Positions 29,944 through 39,893 of a DNA stretch of 64,000 nt are shown here, piece after piece (positions within the stretch are counted from its first letter, which is position 1; every line of letters begins with the position of its first letter). The position numbers and the translations under genes are program-made. Location: contig CAZTVS010000004.1 in the NCBI GenBank assembly GCA_964617125.1, forward strand, positions 12,196 to 76,195, read 5' to 3'. The notes below the pieces were generated by a model, which worked only from the letters and a program-made list of their open reading frames with translations, made no database searches and was not told where the DNA came from. The stretch is from an uncultured Acidobacteriota bacterium. GTDB taxonomy: Bacteria; Acidobacteriota; UBA6911; CAINFC01.

Positions 29944-30785
29944 AAAGGAACCGATGTAGCCAGAAGCGCTCCGAGGATGGCCAGCCCTCCCGTCAGACCG
30001 AAGTAAAACAGACCGGGGAGAAGGAGAAACCATAATCCGATGGCCATCAACTGGGTTCGGGGTGTGCGGGTGTTTTCGGCGATACGGCCACGATACCGGC
30101 GATAGATACCGGCTAGATAAAAAGCATACCGGTATTTGCGGCGCAGCAGGGAAAGGATCCGTGTCGGATGCCGATGCCAAACAGCCGGGGAGGTTACATA
30201 GAGAAGTCGGTACCCCCTGGCCCGCAGGCGAAAAGCGAGTTCGGTGTCTTCTCCGGCAATCAGGCTGGTGTCGAAACCCTTTGTCTCTGTCAGAACCTGT
30301 CGGCGATAGGCGCAGTTGCCGCTGCTGATCAGGGCGATCTCTCCATGGGCGGCCAGGCGGCTCTGCCGTTGTTCGAATTCCGCTTGAATGTAACGTGCTA
30401 CCGGATGTGTCTGACGGCTGAGAATGGGTCCCTGAATGCCGTCGGCCCCGGTGTCACGCATCTGCTGCAGCATCCGTTGCACCCAATCCGCCTCCGGGAT
30501 GCAGTCGGAATCCATGAAAAAGAGGAACTCTCCCTGGGCTTCACGAATGCCTCGATTACGGGCTGCGGCAGCACCCGGAACTTTTTCCCTGAGCCATTTC
30601 ACGCTCCGGTCAGACACAGGCGGAGTCGAGGGTTCTCTCCGGTTGTCGACGACCAGGATCTCCATCCAGGGAGCAGAACCGAGAATGTTCAGACTCTCTT
30701 CGATTTCCTTTTCGCCGCACCAGGGCAGAATGACACTGACCACAATGCTTTCAGCCGGTAGAGGCGTTTCCGTCGGGGATTTCAT
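29835..30785 (-). CDS. Glycosyltransferase family 2 with C-terminal TM segments
   Basis: VSVILPWCGEKEIEESL…LVVDN…FMDSDCIP (GT2 DxD region) with a hydrophobic C-terminus. Confidence 0.7.
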   Translation of the reverse strand: MKSPTETPLPAESIVVSVILPWCGEKEIEESLNILGSAPWMEILVVDNRREPSTPPVSDRSVKWLREKVPGAAAARNRGIREAQGEFLFFMDSDCIPEADWVQRMLQQMRDTGADGIQGPILSRQTHPVARYIQAEFEQRQSRLAAHGEIALISSGNCAYRRQVLTETKGFDTSLIAGEDTELAFRLRARGYRLLYVTSPAVWHRHPTRILSLLRRKYRYAFYLAGIYRRYRGRIAENTRTPRTQLMAIGLWFLLLPGLFYFGLTGGLAILGALLATSVPLCLKSGPIALLLAPLSTLMNSIGLICGLFRLWIKKP

Positions 30786-30806
30786 AGGACAGTCTTAGCC
30801 GGACCG

Positions 30807-31217
30807 TTATCTGCGGATTTCCGCGGTTCCGAAACGGTTGACGGGGTGGAGAGAAGAACCTCGGTCCTGTCGCTGACAGGCAGAGCATGTAGCGACGGTG
30901 GAAATCCTTTCATACATGAGTCCCTTTTCCTGGAGATAGGTTTCCAACCCGGGCACGAAGTGACTGGGCAGTTCGATGACGACGGCGTTGATGCGTGCGT
31001 GAGTATGGCGTATCGATATATCGAACCGGTTCAGGCATTCTTCCAGGATTCCCGAAGAAAGAGTTGCCTGAATCGCCTCCTTTGGCCGAAGCCTTCCATC
31101 GACCGATCGGGGCACTCTTCCCGGCGGAGTGACGGCCAGGCGTGTATATTCCTTTTTACCGTATCTTCGGGATTTTTTTTCCAAAGCGTTGGCTCCATTC
31201 CGTTTATGTATCATCAT
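30807..31217 (-). CDS. Small hypothetical protein (about 136 aa) with a C-terminal CxxC
   Basis: The distal part of ORF 30807..31556 begins MMIHKRNG… 30 nt after the upstream gene's stop. No convincing RBS. The upstream two-thirds of the six-frame ORF is low-complexity and overlaps the 741-aa gene. Confidence 0.25.
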   Translation of the reverse strand: MMIHKRNGANALEKKSRRYGKKEYTRLAVTPPGRVPRSVDGRLRPKEAIQATLSSGILEECLNRFDISIRHTHARINAVVIELPSHFVPGLETYLQEKGLMYERISTVATCSACQRQDRGSSLHPVNRFGTAEIRR

Positions 31218-31249
31218 CTTGGGCCGGGGTTGGTTGATCTCACGGCGTA

Positions 31250-33475
31250 TTACAGCATCGGGAGCAAACCCTCCCAGCGCACCTTCCATCCCTTTTTCTT
31301 GGGAAATCCGGGCGCATCCCTGTCCGGATTTCCTTGCCAGCCGGCGGCCATCATGGCCACGGCGGAAAGAAGTCCTCCGTTTCCCGGGAGATAGAGCGGG
31401 AGGTTGGGCCGCTGGTAATTGTGACCGTTGGGCAGGTATCGGTTTTTTGGACTTTCCAGCAACAGCGCCTGCACGGCGATCTCCGGTTCCTGCAATCGTG
31501 CCGCCGTCATGGCGGTCATGGGAAAGTCCCAGCCCCAGCTGGTCTCCCATTTCCAATCCTGCATCACCCGATGCAAAGTATTCTTCATAACAGTTCGATC
31601 TACCTCCTTTTCCTTCCCGGGCAAGACACCCAAGGCCCCGAGCATGGAGGGATGATCGCTGTTTTTCGCGGTAAAGGTGTCGGGACAGTTTTCATGGGCG
31701 AGATAGAGCCCGTCGCCGATGGGAAGAGCCGAAAGCTTCTGCTGGACCCTGGCCCATCCCGCATGCATTTCCATTCCCAGGAGTCTACGCCAGGTCTGAG
31801 CGGTTTCCAAACCCCATCGCCAATAGACAAGTTCGTAGGTGGGGTTCCAGGTGGTTTTGGGATCGTGATTTTCCTGTGCCGGGATCACCGGCGGTCCCAG
31901 AACGTATCGGTCTTTCTCTTTCTGGTGGAAGGCGTAGGAAGCCATGAATTCGGCACTCGCGAAGACAATATCCTTCAGCTGCTGCAAGGTCTTCCCGGAG
32001 GCATCCGCCTGCCGGCAGAGCTCGGCGTAGTAGATGGGATGCGGTTGTTGCCATATCAGCAGAGGCCCGATGGGAGAAGGGCTGTCGACCCCATTTGGAC
32101 CCGTCATTTTCGGCCAGCGAGCACCGGCATATCCCTGCCGCTCCGCCGTGCGACAGGCCTCGGGAAGGATGGTCCGATACCATTCCAGACTCCGATGGAG
32201 GAGAGGGTGACGATTCCATTGGGCAAAGTGAGCCGCATGCCACCAGTGCATTTCCAGGTGATATTTGCCGTTCCAGCTGTTGCAGGTCAGACCGGTCTCC
32301 TGTGGCGGAAGCGATCCGCAGCATTGAATGGCTGTCAGATATTGCGATAGGACGATGCGCCGTTCCAGTTCCTCGGCCTGGGGATGAGTGCTTCCTTCCA
32401 GATCTACGGCACCTCCCTCGGACCAGAACTGCTGCCAATGCTTATCGCTGTCGGCAAAGACCCTTTGGGGGGAGAGAGATTGTCCCCGATGCGGACCGGA
32501 GGAAAAACGACAGAGGAAGCGAAATCCGGAATCAGCCGTCCCCTTGGGGATCAGGGTAAAGGAATGGGGCTCTTTTTTCTGCCACTCGCTGTCACCTTCC
32601 CAGCACAATTCCAGCGCATAATGATCTGCGTCCAGTTGACGGAAAAGCCGTATACGGTTTTTTTCCTGCGCTTCGATCGTCGTGGTATGCCGGTCGGGTT
32701 GTTTCCAGTCGCAACCGTCGATGGCCGGAGAGCCGTAAGGGAAGGACAAACATAGTTCTATTTTTCCGCCGGTCAGCATCGCCGTATGGATCTCAACCGC
32801 AATGGCATCTTCGTTGGGATGGCAGCAGGTGCGGACTTCCACCGGTGTCCCTTCGATACGGTAGCGACTCGAGAGAACACCGGTCCACAGATCCAGGGTC
32901 TGCTCCATTTCCCGAAGGTCCTCCATGCGGGCGATGGCTCCGTCCGTTTTCCGGTAGCGAAAGCCGATACGACCCAGATTCAATCGATGCGGATTCTCCC
33001 TCAGCCATCGGTAGAGTTGCTCCTGCCCGTCCGCTTTGATCGGGTAACCTACGGCACGGCCGTAAGTGTCATAAGGGGTCATGCGGAAGTCTTCCTTGCG
33101 AACTCCGGCAGGCAAGGGAAAGGAATGCCAGCCCCAGTTGGATTGAGTGCAGAGGGGGATCGCCGAGGCATAGGCCTCGGGAAAAGATTGCAGTCCGCTG
33201 ATATCGGCGGTAAAGGCGAATTCTCCATTGCCGACCGAAAAGGGAGAAAACGGATCCGGATTGCGGAGGATGGGATTATGCCGGCGGACCAGTCGTTCCC
33301 GTTGTATCTTTTTTCTGTCGGCCGCATGCCCCAAGCCGGCACTCAAGGCGACGGCTACCGGGGTTTGCAGCAGCGTGCGCCGGTTCAGGGCAAAAGCCGA
33401 ATTCGTATGATGGGGAGTTTCCTCTCGGGATATCCTGTCTTCCGTTTTCATGAGCGCAGCCAATCCTTTTTCCAT
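31250..33475 (-). CDS. Tat-secreted glycoside-hydrolase-like protein ((alpha/alpha)6-barrel type, family unassigned)
   Basis: 741 aa with a twin-arginine-like leader (NRRTLLQTPVAVALSAGLGHA). A W/H-rich catalytic-domain-like region is present (HMWWHAAHFAQWNRHPLL…). The family was not determined. Confidence 0.45.
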   Translation of the reverse strand: MEKGLAALMKTEDRISREETPHHTNSAFALNRRTLLQTPVAVALSAGLGHAADRKKIQRERLVRRHNPILRNPDPFSPFSVGNGEFAFTADISGLQSFPEAYASAIPLCTQSNWGWHSFPLPAGVRKEDFRMTPYDTYGRAVGYPIKADGQEQLYRWLRENPHRLNLGRIGFRYRKTDGAIARMEDLREMEQTLDLWTGVLSSRYRIEGTPVEVRTCCHPNEDAIAVEIHTAMLTGGKIELCLSFPYGSPAIDGCDWKQPDRHTTTIEAQEKNRIRLFRQLDADHYALELCWEGDSEWQKKEPHSFTLIPKGTADSGFRFLCRFSSGPHRGQSLSPQRVFADSDKHWQQFWSEGGAVDLEGSTHPQAEELERRIVLSQYLTAIQCCGSLPPQETGLTCNSWNGKYHLEMHWWHAAHFAQWNRHPLLHRSLEWYRTILPEACRTAERQGYAGARWPKMTGPNGVDSPSPIGPLLIWQQPHPIYYAELCRQADASGKTLQQLKDIVFASAEFMASYAFHQKEKDRYVLGPPVIPAQENHDPKTTWNPTYELVYWRWGLETAQTWRRLLGMEMHAGWARVQQKLSALPIGDGLYLAHENCPDTFTAKNSDHPSMLGALGVLPGKEKEVDRTVMKNTLHRVMQDWKWETSWGWDFPMTAMTAARLQEPEIAVQALLLESPKNRYLPNGHNYQRPNLPLYLPGNGGLLSAVAMMAAGWQGNPDRDAPGFPKKKGWKVRWEGLLPML

Positions 33476-33617
33476 TCCATGGTTCTATCCGATTGTTTCC
33501 TTTTCCTGCTCCTCCCTTTTTATCACAATTCCCGAAAACAGGGAAAATGTTTTCCCCGCGGTCGGTTGACTTACCATTCTTCGGCGCAATATAGTATTCC
33601 TAAACAGAAAGGGGAAT

Positions 33618-35144
33618 ATGGACCGACGAGAATTTTTCGCCTGTATGGCCTCCTCGGCGCTTCCGGCCGGAGGGTTGCAGGCAATCGATCGTTCAGCGCA
33701 AAAGCCCAATATAGTCCTGATCTACGCCGATGACCTCGGATATGGTGACATCAGCTGTTATGGGGCCAAGCGGGTGTCTACGCCCCATATCGATCGCCTG
33801 GCAACCGAAGGCCTGCGCTTTCTCAATGCTCATGCCCCTTCGGCGACCTGCACCCCTTCCCGATACGCCATGTTGACCGGAGAATATGCCTGGCGCCGAA
33901 AGGGTACGGGAGTTCTTCCGGGAGATGCCCGGTTGATCATTGAACCGGGCCGCACCACCCTGCCATCCGTTCTGAAAAAAGCCGGATATCGTTGCGGTGT
34001 TGTCGGGAAATGGCATCTGGGACTGGGGGAAGGAAATGTCGATTGGAACCGGGAGATCAAGCCCGGACCATCCGAGATCGGTTTCGATTATCATTTTCTC
34101 CTTCCGGCAACAGGCGATCGTGTGCCCTGTGTGTTTGTGGAAGACCATCACGTGGTCGATGCGGACCCTGCAGATCCCATACGGGTCAGCTACTCCGATC
34201 CGGTGGGCCAAGAACCCACCGGGAGAGATCATCCCGAATTGTTGAAGATGCATCCCAGCCATGGCCACGATCAGACAATCGTGAACGGGATCAGCCGCAT
34301 CGGGTATATGAGCGGAGGTAAAAAAGCCAGGTGGAAGGATGAAGAAATCGCCGATGTCATCACCGGAAAAGCCATACGATTTCTGCAGGATAACCGGGAG
34401 CGTCCCTTCTTTCTTTATTTTGCCACACACGATATTCACGTGCCCCGCGTTCCTCATCCTCGTTTTGCTGGCCGGAGCGGTATGGGACCGCGTGGCGACG
34501 CCATCGTGCAGCTCGATGAGTCTGTCGGGCAAATCTTGGAAACCATAGATCGCCTGCAGCTCAGGGAGAACACCCTGGTCCTTTTTACCAGCGATAACGG
34601 CCCTGTGGTCGATGACGGATACAGGGATCAGGCAGTGGAAAAACTCGACGGACACCGTCCTGCCGGGCCATTGCGGGGAGGCAAGTACAGTGCTTTCGAT
34701 GCCGGGACCAGGATTCCCTTTCTAGTGCGCTGGCCGGGGCAAGTCAAAATAGGGGATTCTCCTGCCTTGATGGGCCAGATCGATCTGCTTTCTTCCTTTT
34801 CGGCCCTGATCGGGCAGAATCTGGCCGAGGAGGATGCTCCCGACAGTCTCAATCATCTTGCGGCCCTTCTCGGCAGATCGAAAACCGGACGGGATCACCT
34901 GGTGGAGCATGCCGGAACCCTTGCTCTGCTGCAGGGTAAGTGGAAATATATCGAACCGGGAAAAGGAGCCAGGTACAATCGATATACCGATATCGAACTG
35001 GGGAATGATACGGAGCCTCAGCTTTACGATTTGAGCAAGGATCTGGGTGAGCGCAACAACCTGGCCGGCCGCTATCCGCAGCAGACGGCCCGGATGGCGG
35101 CCACGCTTCAGTCCCTGCGGCAAAGAGGGCGTACCCGCCGCTGA
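33618..35144 (+). CDS. Arylsulfatase-family sulfatase (formylglycine-dependent)
   Basis: N-terminal metal-binding motif (IYADDLGYGDISCYG) and sulfatase signature CTPSRYAMLTGEY (C-x-P-x-R). A Tat-like leader (MDRREFFACMASSALPAGG) precedes them. Confidence 0.85.
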   Translation: MDRREFFACMASSALPAGGLQAIDRSAQKPNIVLIYADDLGYGDISCYGAKRVSTPHIDRLATEGLRFLNAHAPSATCTPSRYAMLTGEYAWRRKGTGVLPGDARLIIEPGRTTLPSVLKKAGYRCGVVGKWHLGLGEGNVDWNREIKPGPSEIGFDYHFLLPATGDRVPCVFVEDHHVVDADPADPIRVSYSDPVGQEPTGRDHPELLKMHPSHGHDQTIVNGISRIGYMSGGKKARWKDEEIADVITGKAIRFLQDNRERPFFLYFATHDIHVPRVPHPRFAGRSGMGPRGDAIVQLDESVGQILETIDRLQLRENTLVLFTSDNGPVVDDGYRDQAVEKLDGHRPAGPLRGGKYSAFDAGTRIPFLVRWPGQVKIGDSPALMGQIDLLSSFSALIGQNLAEEDAPDSLNHLAALLGRSKTGRDHLVEHAGTLALLQGKWKYIEPGKGARYNRYTDIELGNDTEPQLYDLSKDLGERNNLAGRYPQQTARMAATLQSLRQRGRTRR

Positions 35145-35167
35145 CTGCCTGTTCCGTCAGGTCCCCG

Positions 35168-36064
35168 GTGATTTCTCTCTCTTGGCGTGAATGGAAGGAG
35201 GTGATAAACTTCTTTCCTTTGATCTTCGTTTGGGGGATCGCGAAACGACATACATTCAGAAAAGGCTCGGCGGATTTGACGGGAAACGAACTGCGCAAAA
35301 TCATTTTGGCACAATCCTATCGTGCCGGAGTCGGGCATATCGGATCCGCTTTGTCGGTGGCCGATATGATCGCCGTGCTCTATGGAAAACACCTCTATCT
35401 TCCCGACAGGGAGGATCCGGCAAGAGACCGGTTTCTTCTATCCAAAGGGCATGCTGCCCTGGCTTTATATGCTGCCCTGTATCGGAAGGGCATCCTCTCC
35501 TCCGATGAATTGAACACCTTCTGCGGCGACGATACCCTCCTGGGGGTTCATCCGGAGCATGGCCTACCCGGGGTGGAGTGTTCCACCGGTTCCTTGGGGC
35601 AGGGCCTTTCCATTGCCACCGGAATGGCGTTGGGCCTGCGCCATCAGAAAATCCCCGGTCGCATATTTGTTCTGATCAGCGATGCCGAGTGCAATGAAGG
35701 ATCCTTGTGGGAAGCCATGATGTTTGCTGCTCATCACCGGCTTTCCCATCTGACGGTCCTGGTCGATAAAAACGAACAGCAGGCCTTCGGCTATACCCGG
35801 GACGTAATCTCTCTCGATCCGCTGTCGGATCGATGGAAGGCCATGGGGTGGGATGTTTGGGAAATCAACGGCCATGATGAGGAAGAGATCGCCGATCGAC
35901 TGCAGGGCCTGGATTATGACGGCGGTCCGCCGCATGTTCTTATCGCTCACACCCTATTCGGTAAAGGCGTCTCCTTCATGGAGGGACAGATTCGCTGGCA
36001 CTACTGGCCGATGAACGAGGAACAGTACCGACAGGCTATGCTGGAAGTGGAATCGGCATCATGA
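35168..36064 (+). CDS. Transketolase, N-terminal (TPP-binding) subunit of a split transketolase
   Basis: GHIGSALSVADMIAVLY…GSLGQGLSIATGMAL is the transketolase TPP-binding signature. The true start may be an alternative codon downstream of 35168. Confidence 0.75.
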   Translation: MISLSWREWKEVINFFPLIFVWGIAKRHTFRKGSADLTGNELRKIILAQSYRAGVGHIGSALSVADMIAVLYGKHLYLPDREDPARDRFLLSKGHAALALYAALYRKGILSSDELNTFCGDDTLLGVHPEHGLPGVECSTGSLGQGLSIATGMALGLRHQKIPGRIFVLISDAECNEGSLWEAMMFAAHHRLSHLTVLVDKNEQQAFGYTRDVISLDPLSDRWKAMGWDVWEINGHDEEEIADRLQGLDYDGGPPHVLIAHTLFGKGVSFMEGQIRWHYWPMNEEQYRQAMLEVESAS

Positions 36065-36981
36065 GAAGGAGCGTTCTTGCAACCCTGGTGGAAATGGCGG
36101 CGAAGGATGACCGCATCCTGCTGCTTACAGCGGATTTGGGTTATACGGTTTTGGAACCATTTGCTGATGCCTATCCGGACCGGTTCTTCAACGTCGGGGT
36201 CGCAGAGCAGAACATGATCGGTCTGGCCACCGGCCTGGCCCAGAGCGGTCTAAAACCCTACTGCTACTCCATGGCTACTTTCTCTTCTTTGCGTCCCTAT
36301 GAATTTATCCGCAACGGCCCGGTTTTTCATCGACTGCCGGTCCGGATCTTTGGAGTCGGAGGAGGTTTCGAATACGGACCAGCCGGCTTTACCCATTATG
36401 GACTGGAAGATGTTGGAGTGATGCGCCTGCAGCCGGATATGACCGTGCTGGTGCCGGCGGATCACCGGCAGGCGGCCGAGGCAGTGAGGATGACCGCTGA
36501 TCTGCCGGGGCCCATTTATTTCCGACTGGGTAAAGATGATCAGAGGACCGTACCTGGGCTGGAGGGGCGTTTCCGCCTGGGATGCATTGACCTGCTGCGT
36601 CAGGGGAAAGAGTGTTTGCTGCTGAGCATGGGACCGGTTGCCGGAGATGCCCTGAAGGCGGCGGAAATACTGCAACAACGAGATATTTCGGCCACCGTGG
36701 CCTCGGTGGCAACCCTGAATCCGGCACCGATCGAAGACCTGCGGCATGTATTGGCTGCTCACCGGATGGTGCTCACCGTGGAAGCACATTTCCTCAATGG
36801 CGGATTGGGCTCCATGGTTGCTGAGATCATCGCCGAAGAGTCCATCCCTTGTCGCTTGCATCGTGTTGGAGTTGCCGCTACTCCCCGAGGCCGGATCGGA
36901 AAAGAGGCCTTTATGAACGATCGTTATGGGCTATCCGGCGAAAAGATCGCTGCCGCTCTTCTGGCGCTCCATAATAGATGA
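36061..36981 (+). CDS. Transketolase, C-terminal (pyrimidine-binding) subunit
   Basis: FFNVGVAEQNMIGLATGLA is a transketolase Pyr domain. The gene overlaps the N-subunit stop by 4 nt. Confidence 0.75.
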   Translation: MRRSVLATLVEMAAKDDRILLLTADLGYTVLEPFADAYPDRFFNVGVAEQNMIGLATGLAQSGLKPYCYSMATFSSLRPYEFIRNGPVFHRLPVRIFGVGGGFEYGPAGFTHYGLEDVGVMRLQPDMTVLVPADHRQAAEAVRMTADLPGPIYFRLGKDDQRTVPGLEGRFRLGCIDLLRQGKECLLLSMGPVAGDALKAAEILQQRDISATVASVATLNPAPIEDLRHVLAAHRMVLTVEAHFLNGGLGSMVAEIIAEESIPCRLHRVGVAATPRGRIGKEAFMNDRYGLSGEKIAAALLALHNR

Positions 36982-37705
36982 GGGTGGTCCCTTGAACGAG
37001 ATCGATTACTCCATTATCCTGCCCGTCTACAACCAGGCCGACCATATTCAAAGCGTTGTCGGCGAGTATGTGGCGGCCCTGGAGCGTTTCCCCGCTGCCT
37101 GGGAGCTGATCCTGGCGGTAAACGGAAGCCGGGATGACTCCTGGATCCGATGTCGGGATGTGTCTGCAGGAGAGCCTCGGATGCGGGCCCTACAGTGTCC
37201 GCATGCCGGATGGGGAAGTGCCGTCTGTACCGGTATACGGGAATCCCGGGGCGTTCACATCTGTTATACCAATTCGGCCCGTACCAGTGCCTCCGATCTG
37301 TTGTTGATGCTTTTATATGCCCACACCAACCCCGATGTGGTCATCAAGGCCAATCGCAAAATTCGGGAAAGCCGGAGCCGCCGTCTGGGATCTCTCCTTT
37401 ACAATATGGAATGTCGGGCGCTGTTTGATCTGCCTTACTGGGACATCAACGGTACCCCGAAGATATTTCCCCGGAAATTTCATCATCTGGTGCACCTTTC
37501 CTCGCAGGATGACCTGATCGATCTGGAATTCCATGTCATATGCCGCAGACATAATTATCCGGTGCTGGAGGTCCCCATCCTATCCGTTAAGCGGCATGGA
37601 GGCCGTTCCACTACCCGCTGGCGTTCGGCCTTGCGCATGTACCTGGGGGCTTATCGTATGTGGCGCAAGTTTCCCGGGCATGTTGCCTCAAGTACCAACC
37701 CATGA
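36926..37705 (+). CDS. Glycosyltransferase family 2
   Basis: YSIILPVYNQADHIQSVVGEY (GT2 N-terminus). The annotated ATG overlaps the previous gene by 56 nt, so an alternative start near 36990 is possible. Confidence 0.65.
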   Translation: MGYPAKRSLPLFWRSIIDEGGPLNEIDYSIILPVYNQADHIQSVVGEYVAALERFPAAWELILAVNGSRDDSWIRCRDVSAGEPRMRALQCPHAGWGSAVCTGIRESRGVHICYTNSARTSASDLLLMLLYAHTNPDVVIKANRKIRESRSRRLGSLLYNMECRALFDLPYWDINGTPKIFPRKFHHLVHLSSQDDLIDLEFHVICRRHNYPVLEVPILSVKRHGGRSTTRWRSALRMYLGAYRMWRKFPGHVASSTNP

Positions 37706-38907
37706 GTTCCCGAAGAGCCCTCCTTCACGAGCAGATGAATCGGACCTGGCGCCGGTGCGAAGATGTCCTATCCTCATGTCGGGAGGCTTCCGGTCTGGAC
37801 AAGGGATTCTTGTCCTATCGCGTGAGCGGGGACTGGTGGGACGCACTGGCCTCCACCCGGTCCGTTCTCCTGGTTGCCAGGGAATACGAACATCTGCTGC
37901 TGGCCCTCCGTTCCGATGCTTGCGGAGAAGAGATCAGCTACCTGTCCCTGCCACACCCTTCCGGCATCGCCGTGGATGAGGTAACCCGATCGGTTTATCT
38001 GGCATGTACAAGGAACCCCAACCAGATTGTGCAGCTGCAGCCTGTCGTTCTCCAGAACGAATCCGGAACCAGAACCTGTGTCAGCCGGGAGCGGGAAGAG
38101 ATTCTCCTCCCGTTGCACAACACCTTTTACCCCGGTTCGCTCTATCTTCACGATCTGGCCTGGATCCAGGGAAAGTTGTATGGTGCCGCTGCCGGACATA
38201 ACGCCATCGTGGAACTGAAGAAGGACGGGACCTTTCTCCACCGCTGGTGGCCGCCGTCGATCGAGACCGAGGCGGGTCCGCGATTCGATAGAAATTATCT
38301 GCAATGTAATTCCATCGCGCCCGGGCGGTCCCTGCGGGATTCTTATTTCTCGACCTCCGCGGAATATCCCGGACATCGCCGCCCGGGTCACCGGAATTTT
38401 CCGGTGGATGGACGCGGAGTGATCTTCTCCGGAAAAGACAGGAGGATCATCGCCCGTGGGCTGACCCGTCCCCATTCAGCCCGGCAGTGGCAGGGCAAGG
38501 TGTGGATTGACAACAGTGGATACGGGGAGATAGGATTTGCCGAAGAAGGCCGGTTCCGATGCGTCGGACGTCTTCCCGGATGGACACGGGGATTATGTTT
38601 CCGTGGAGATGTGGCTTTTGTCGGTGTGTCCCGCATCCTGCCCAGGTTTTTCCGTTATGCCCCGGGGCTCGATCCCCGGCGGAGCTGTTGCGGTGTCTTC
38701 GCTATGGATATACGGAACGGAGACATTCTGGGTGGCATTACCTGGCCTCTGGGCAATCAGATCTTCTCTGTAGAACTGCTTCCGGAAGGATGGCCCGTGC
38801 GGTTGCCGTTGCTAAAGGGACAAAGAAACGGGGAATCGCAGCTGAGAGATCTTTGTTCTTCTTTTTCTCTGGGGCAAAAAGAAAAAGGAAAGATCGGGGC
38901 AAAATAG
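37660..38907 (+). CDS. Hypothetical protein (conserved-looking, about 400 aa)
   Basis: Long ORF with no recognised catalytic motif. The start is probably the ATG at ~37702 (MSSRRALL…), which abuts the GT2 stop. The gene sits between the GT2 and sulfotransferase genes. Confidence 0.4.
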   Translation: MAQVSRACCLKYQPMSSRRALLHEQMNRTWRRCEDVLSSCREASGLDKGFLSYRVSGDWWDALASTRSVLLVAREYEHLLLALRSDACGEEISYLSLPHPSGIAVDEVTRSVYLACTRNPNQIVQLQPVVLQNESGTRTCVSREREEILLPLHNTFYPGSLYLHDLAWIQGKLYGAAAGHNAIVELKKDGTFLHRWWPPSIETEAGPRFDRNYLQCNSIAPGRSLRDSYFSTSAEYPGHRRPGHRNFPVDGRGVIFSGKDRRIIARGLTRPHSARQWQGKVWIDNSGYGEIGFAEEGRFRCVGRLPGWTRGLCFRGDVAFVGVSRILPRFFRYAPGLDPRRSCCGVFAMDIRNGDILGGITWPLGNQIFSVELLPEGWPVRLPLLKGQRNGESQLRDLCSSFSLGQKEKGKIGAK

Positions 38908-38960
38908 CGGTCGCGGCGGACGATATCCAATGTGGATACAATTTATTATGGAGTTGAGGC

Positions 38961-39884
38961 ATGCAAACTGATTTTCGACTGTTGATGATTTCGGCAATGT
39001 ATGAAAACGGCGGGAATACGACCCACCGTTTTCTGGATGGACATCCGCAGATGTGGGTTTACCCCTTTGAATCCCAACTGGGTACCCGGTATGTTGTGGA
39101 TGCCCTCTCCTCTACCTTTCCGGTCAAATACCGGTGGCCCGAGTTCCTGACCGAAGCCACCGCCGCAGACGATTACGCGGCCATCATCGACGAGGAGGCC
39201 AAAGTGCGTTCGAAGACGCCGCGGGTCAGCAAGTTCCGCCATATGCCCTTCGAGTTTTCCGACGGCGACCGCCTTTCCATTTTCACCGAAATCATGCGTT
39301 GCCTGCCGCGTTCGCGGGGCAATAATGTCGCCGCCTTCTTCCGTGCCACCTTCGATGCCTGGCAGGATTACCGGAAGAGCGGACAGGAAAAGGTATATGT
39401 GGGTTACAGCCCGATTGTTGTCGTCGACACGGAGAAGATCCTGCAGGACCTGCCCAAGGCCCACGTGCTGCATGTAGTCCGCAATCCATGGTCGGCCTAT
39501 GCCGATACCAAAAAACGGCCTATGCCCCTCTCCATGAAACACTATATGCTCGGTTGGACGCTCAATCAATACTATGCCCTGCAATTCCGGGAGAAATATC
39601 CGGAAAGATTCCATCTGTTGCGATTGGAGGACATTCTTTCCCATCCGGAAAAGGTATTGGGCGGTCTATGCCGAGCGTTAGGTTTGGAAGGGTGTTCCAC
39701 TTTGGCCCAGCCTTCCTGGAATGGGAATCTTTTAGAGGAGGTGTATCCCTGGGGTACCTTGCGCAAAGTCTCCCCGGAGGAGAATCGGGCGACCGCCGAA
39801 GAACTCGGCCTGCAGGAAAGGAAGGATGTACGCGCCCTGGCCGGCCTCTATCTGGAAGCGCTCGATTATAGCGATTATTTATAG
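38961..39884 (+). CDS. Sulfotransferase family protein
   Basis: N-terminal 5'-PSB-like region (MISAMYENGGNTTHRFL) and C-terminal RLEDILSHPEKVLGGLCRALGLE are typical of sulfotransferases. 307 aa. Confidence 0.55.
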   Translation: MQTDFRLLMISAMYENGGNTTHRFLDGHPQMWVYPFESQLGTRYVVDALSSTFPVKYRWPEFLTEATAADDYAAIIDEEAKVRSKTPRVSKFRHMPFEFSDGDRLSIFTEIMRCLPRSRGNNVAAFFRATFDAWQDYRKSGQEKVYVGYSPIVVVDTEKILQDLPKAHVLHVVRNPWSAYADTKKRPMPLSMKHYMLGWTLNQYYALQFREKYPERFHLLRLEDILSHPEKVLGGLCRALGLEGCSTLAQPSWNGNLLEEVYPWGTLRKVSPEENRATAEELGLQERKDVRALAGLYLEALDYSDYL

Positions 39885-39893
39885 AGAAAACCT

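Noticed and set aside
30807-31556. Full 249-aa ORF overlapping the 3' end of the 741-aa GH-like gene
   Set aside because: The upstream two-thirds is low-complexity (G/R/A-rich) and overlaps the GH-like gene by 300 nt in another frame. Only the distal ~136 aa (30807..31217) is kept, as a low-confidence small gene.
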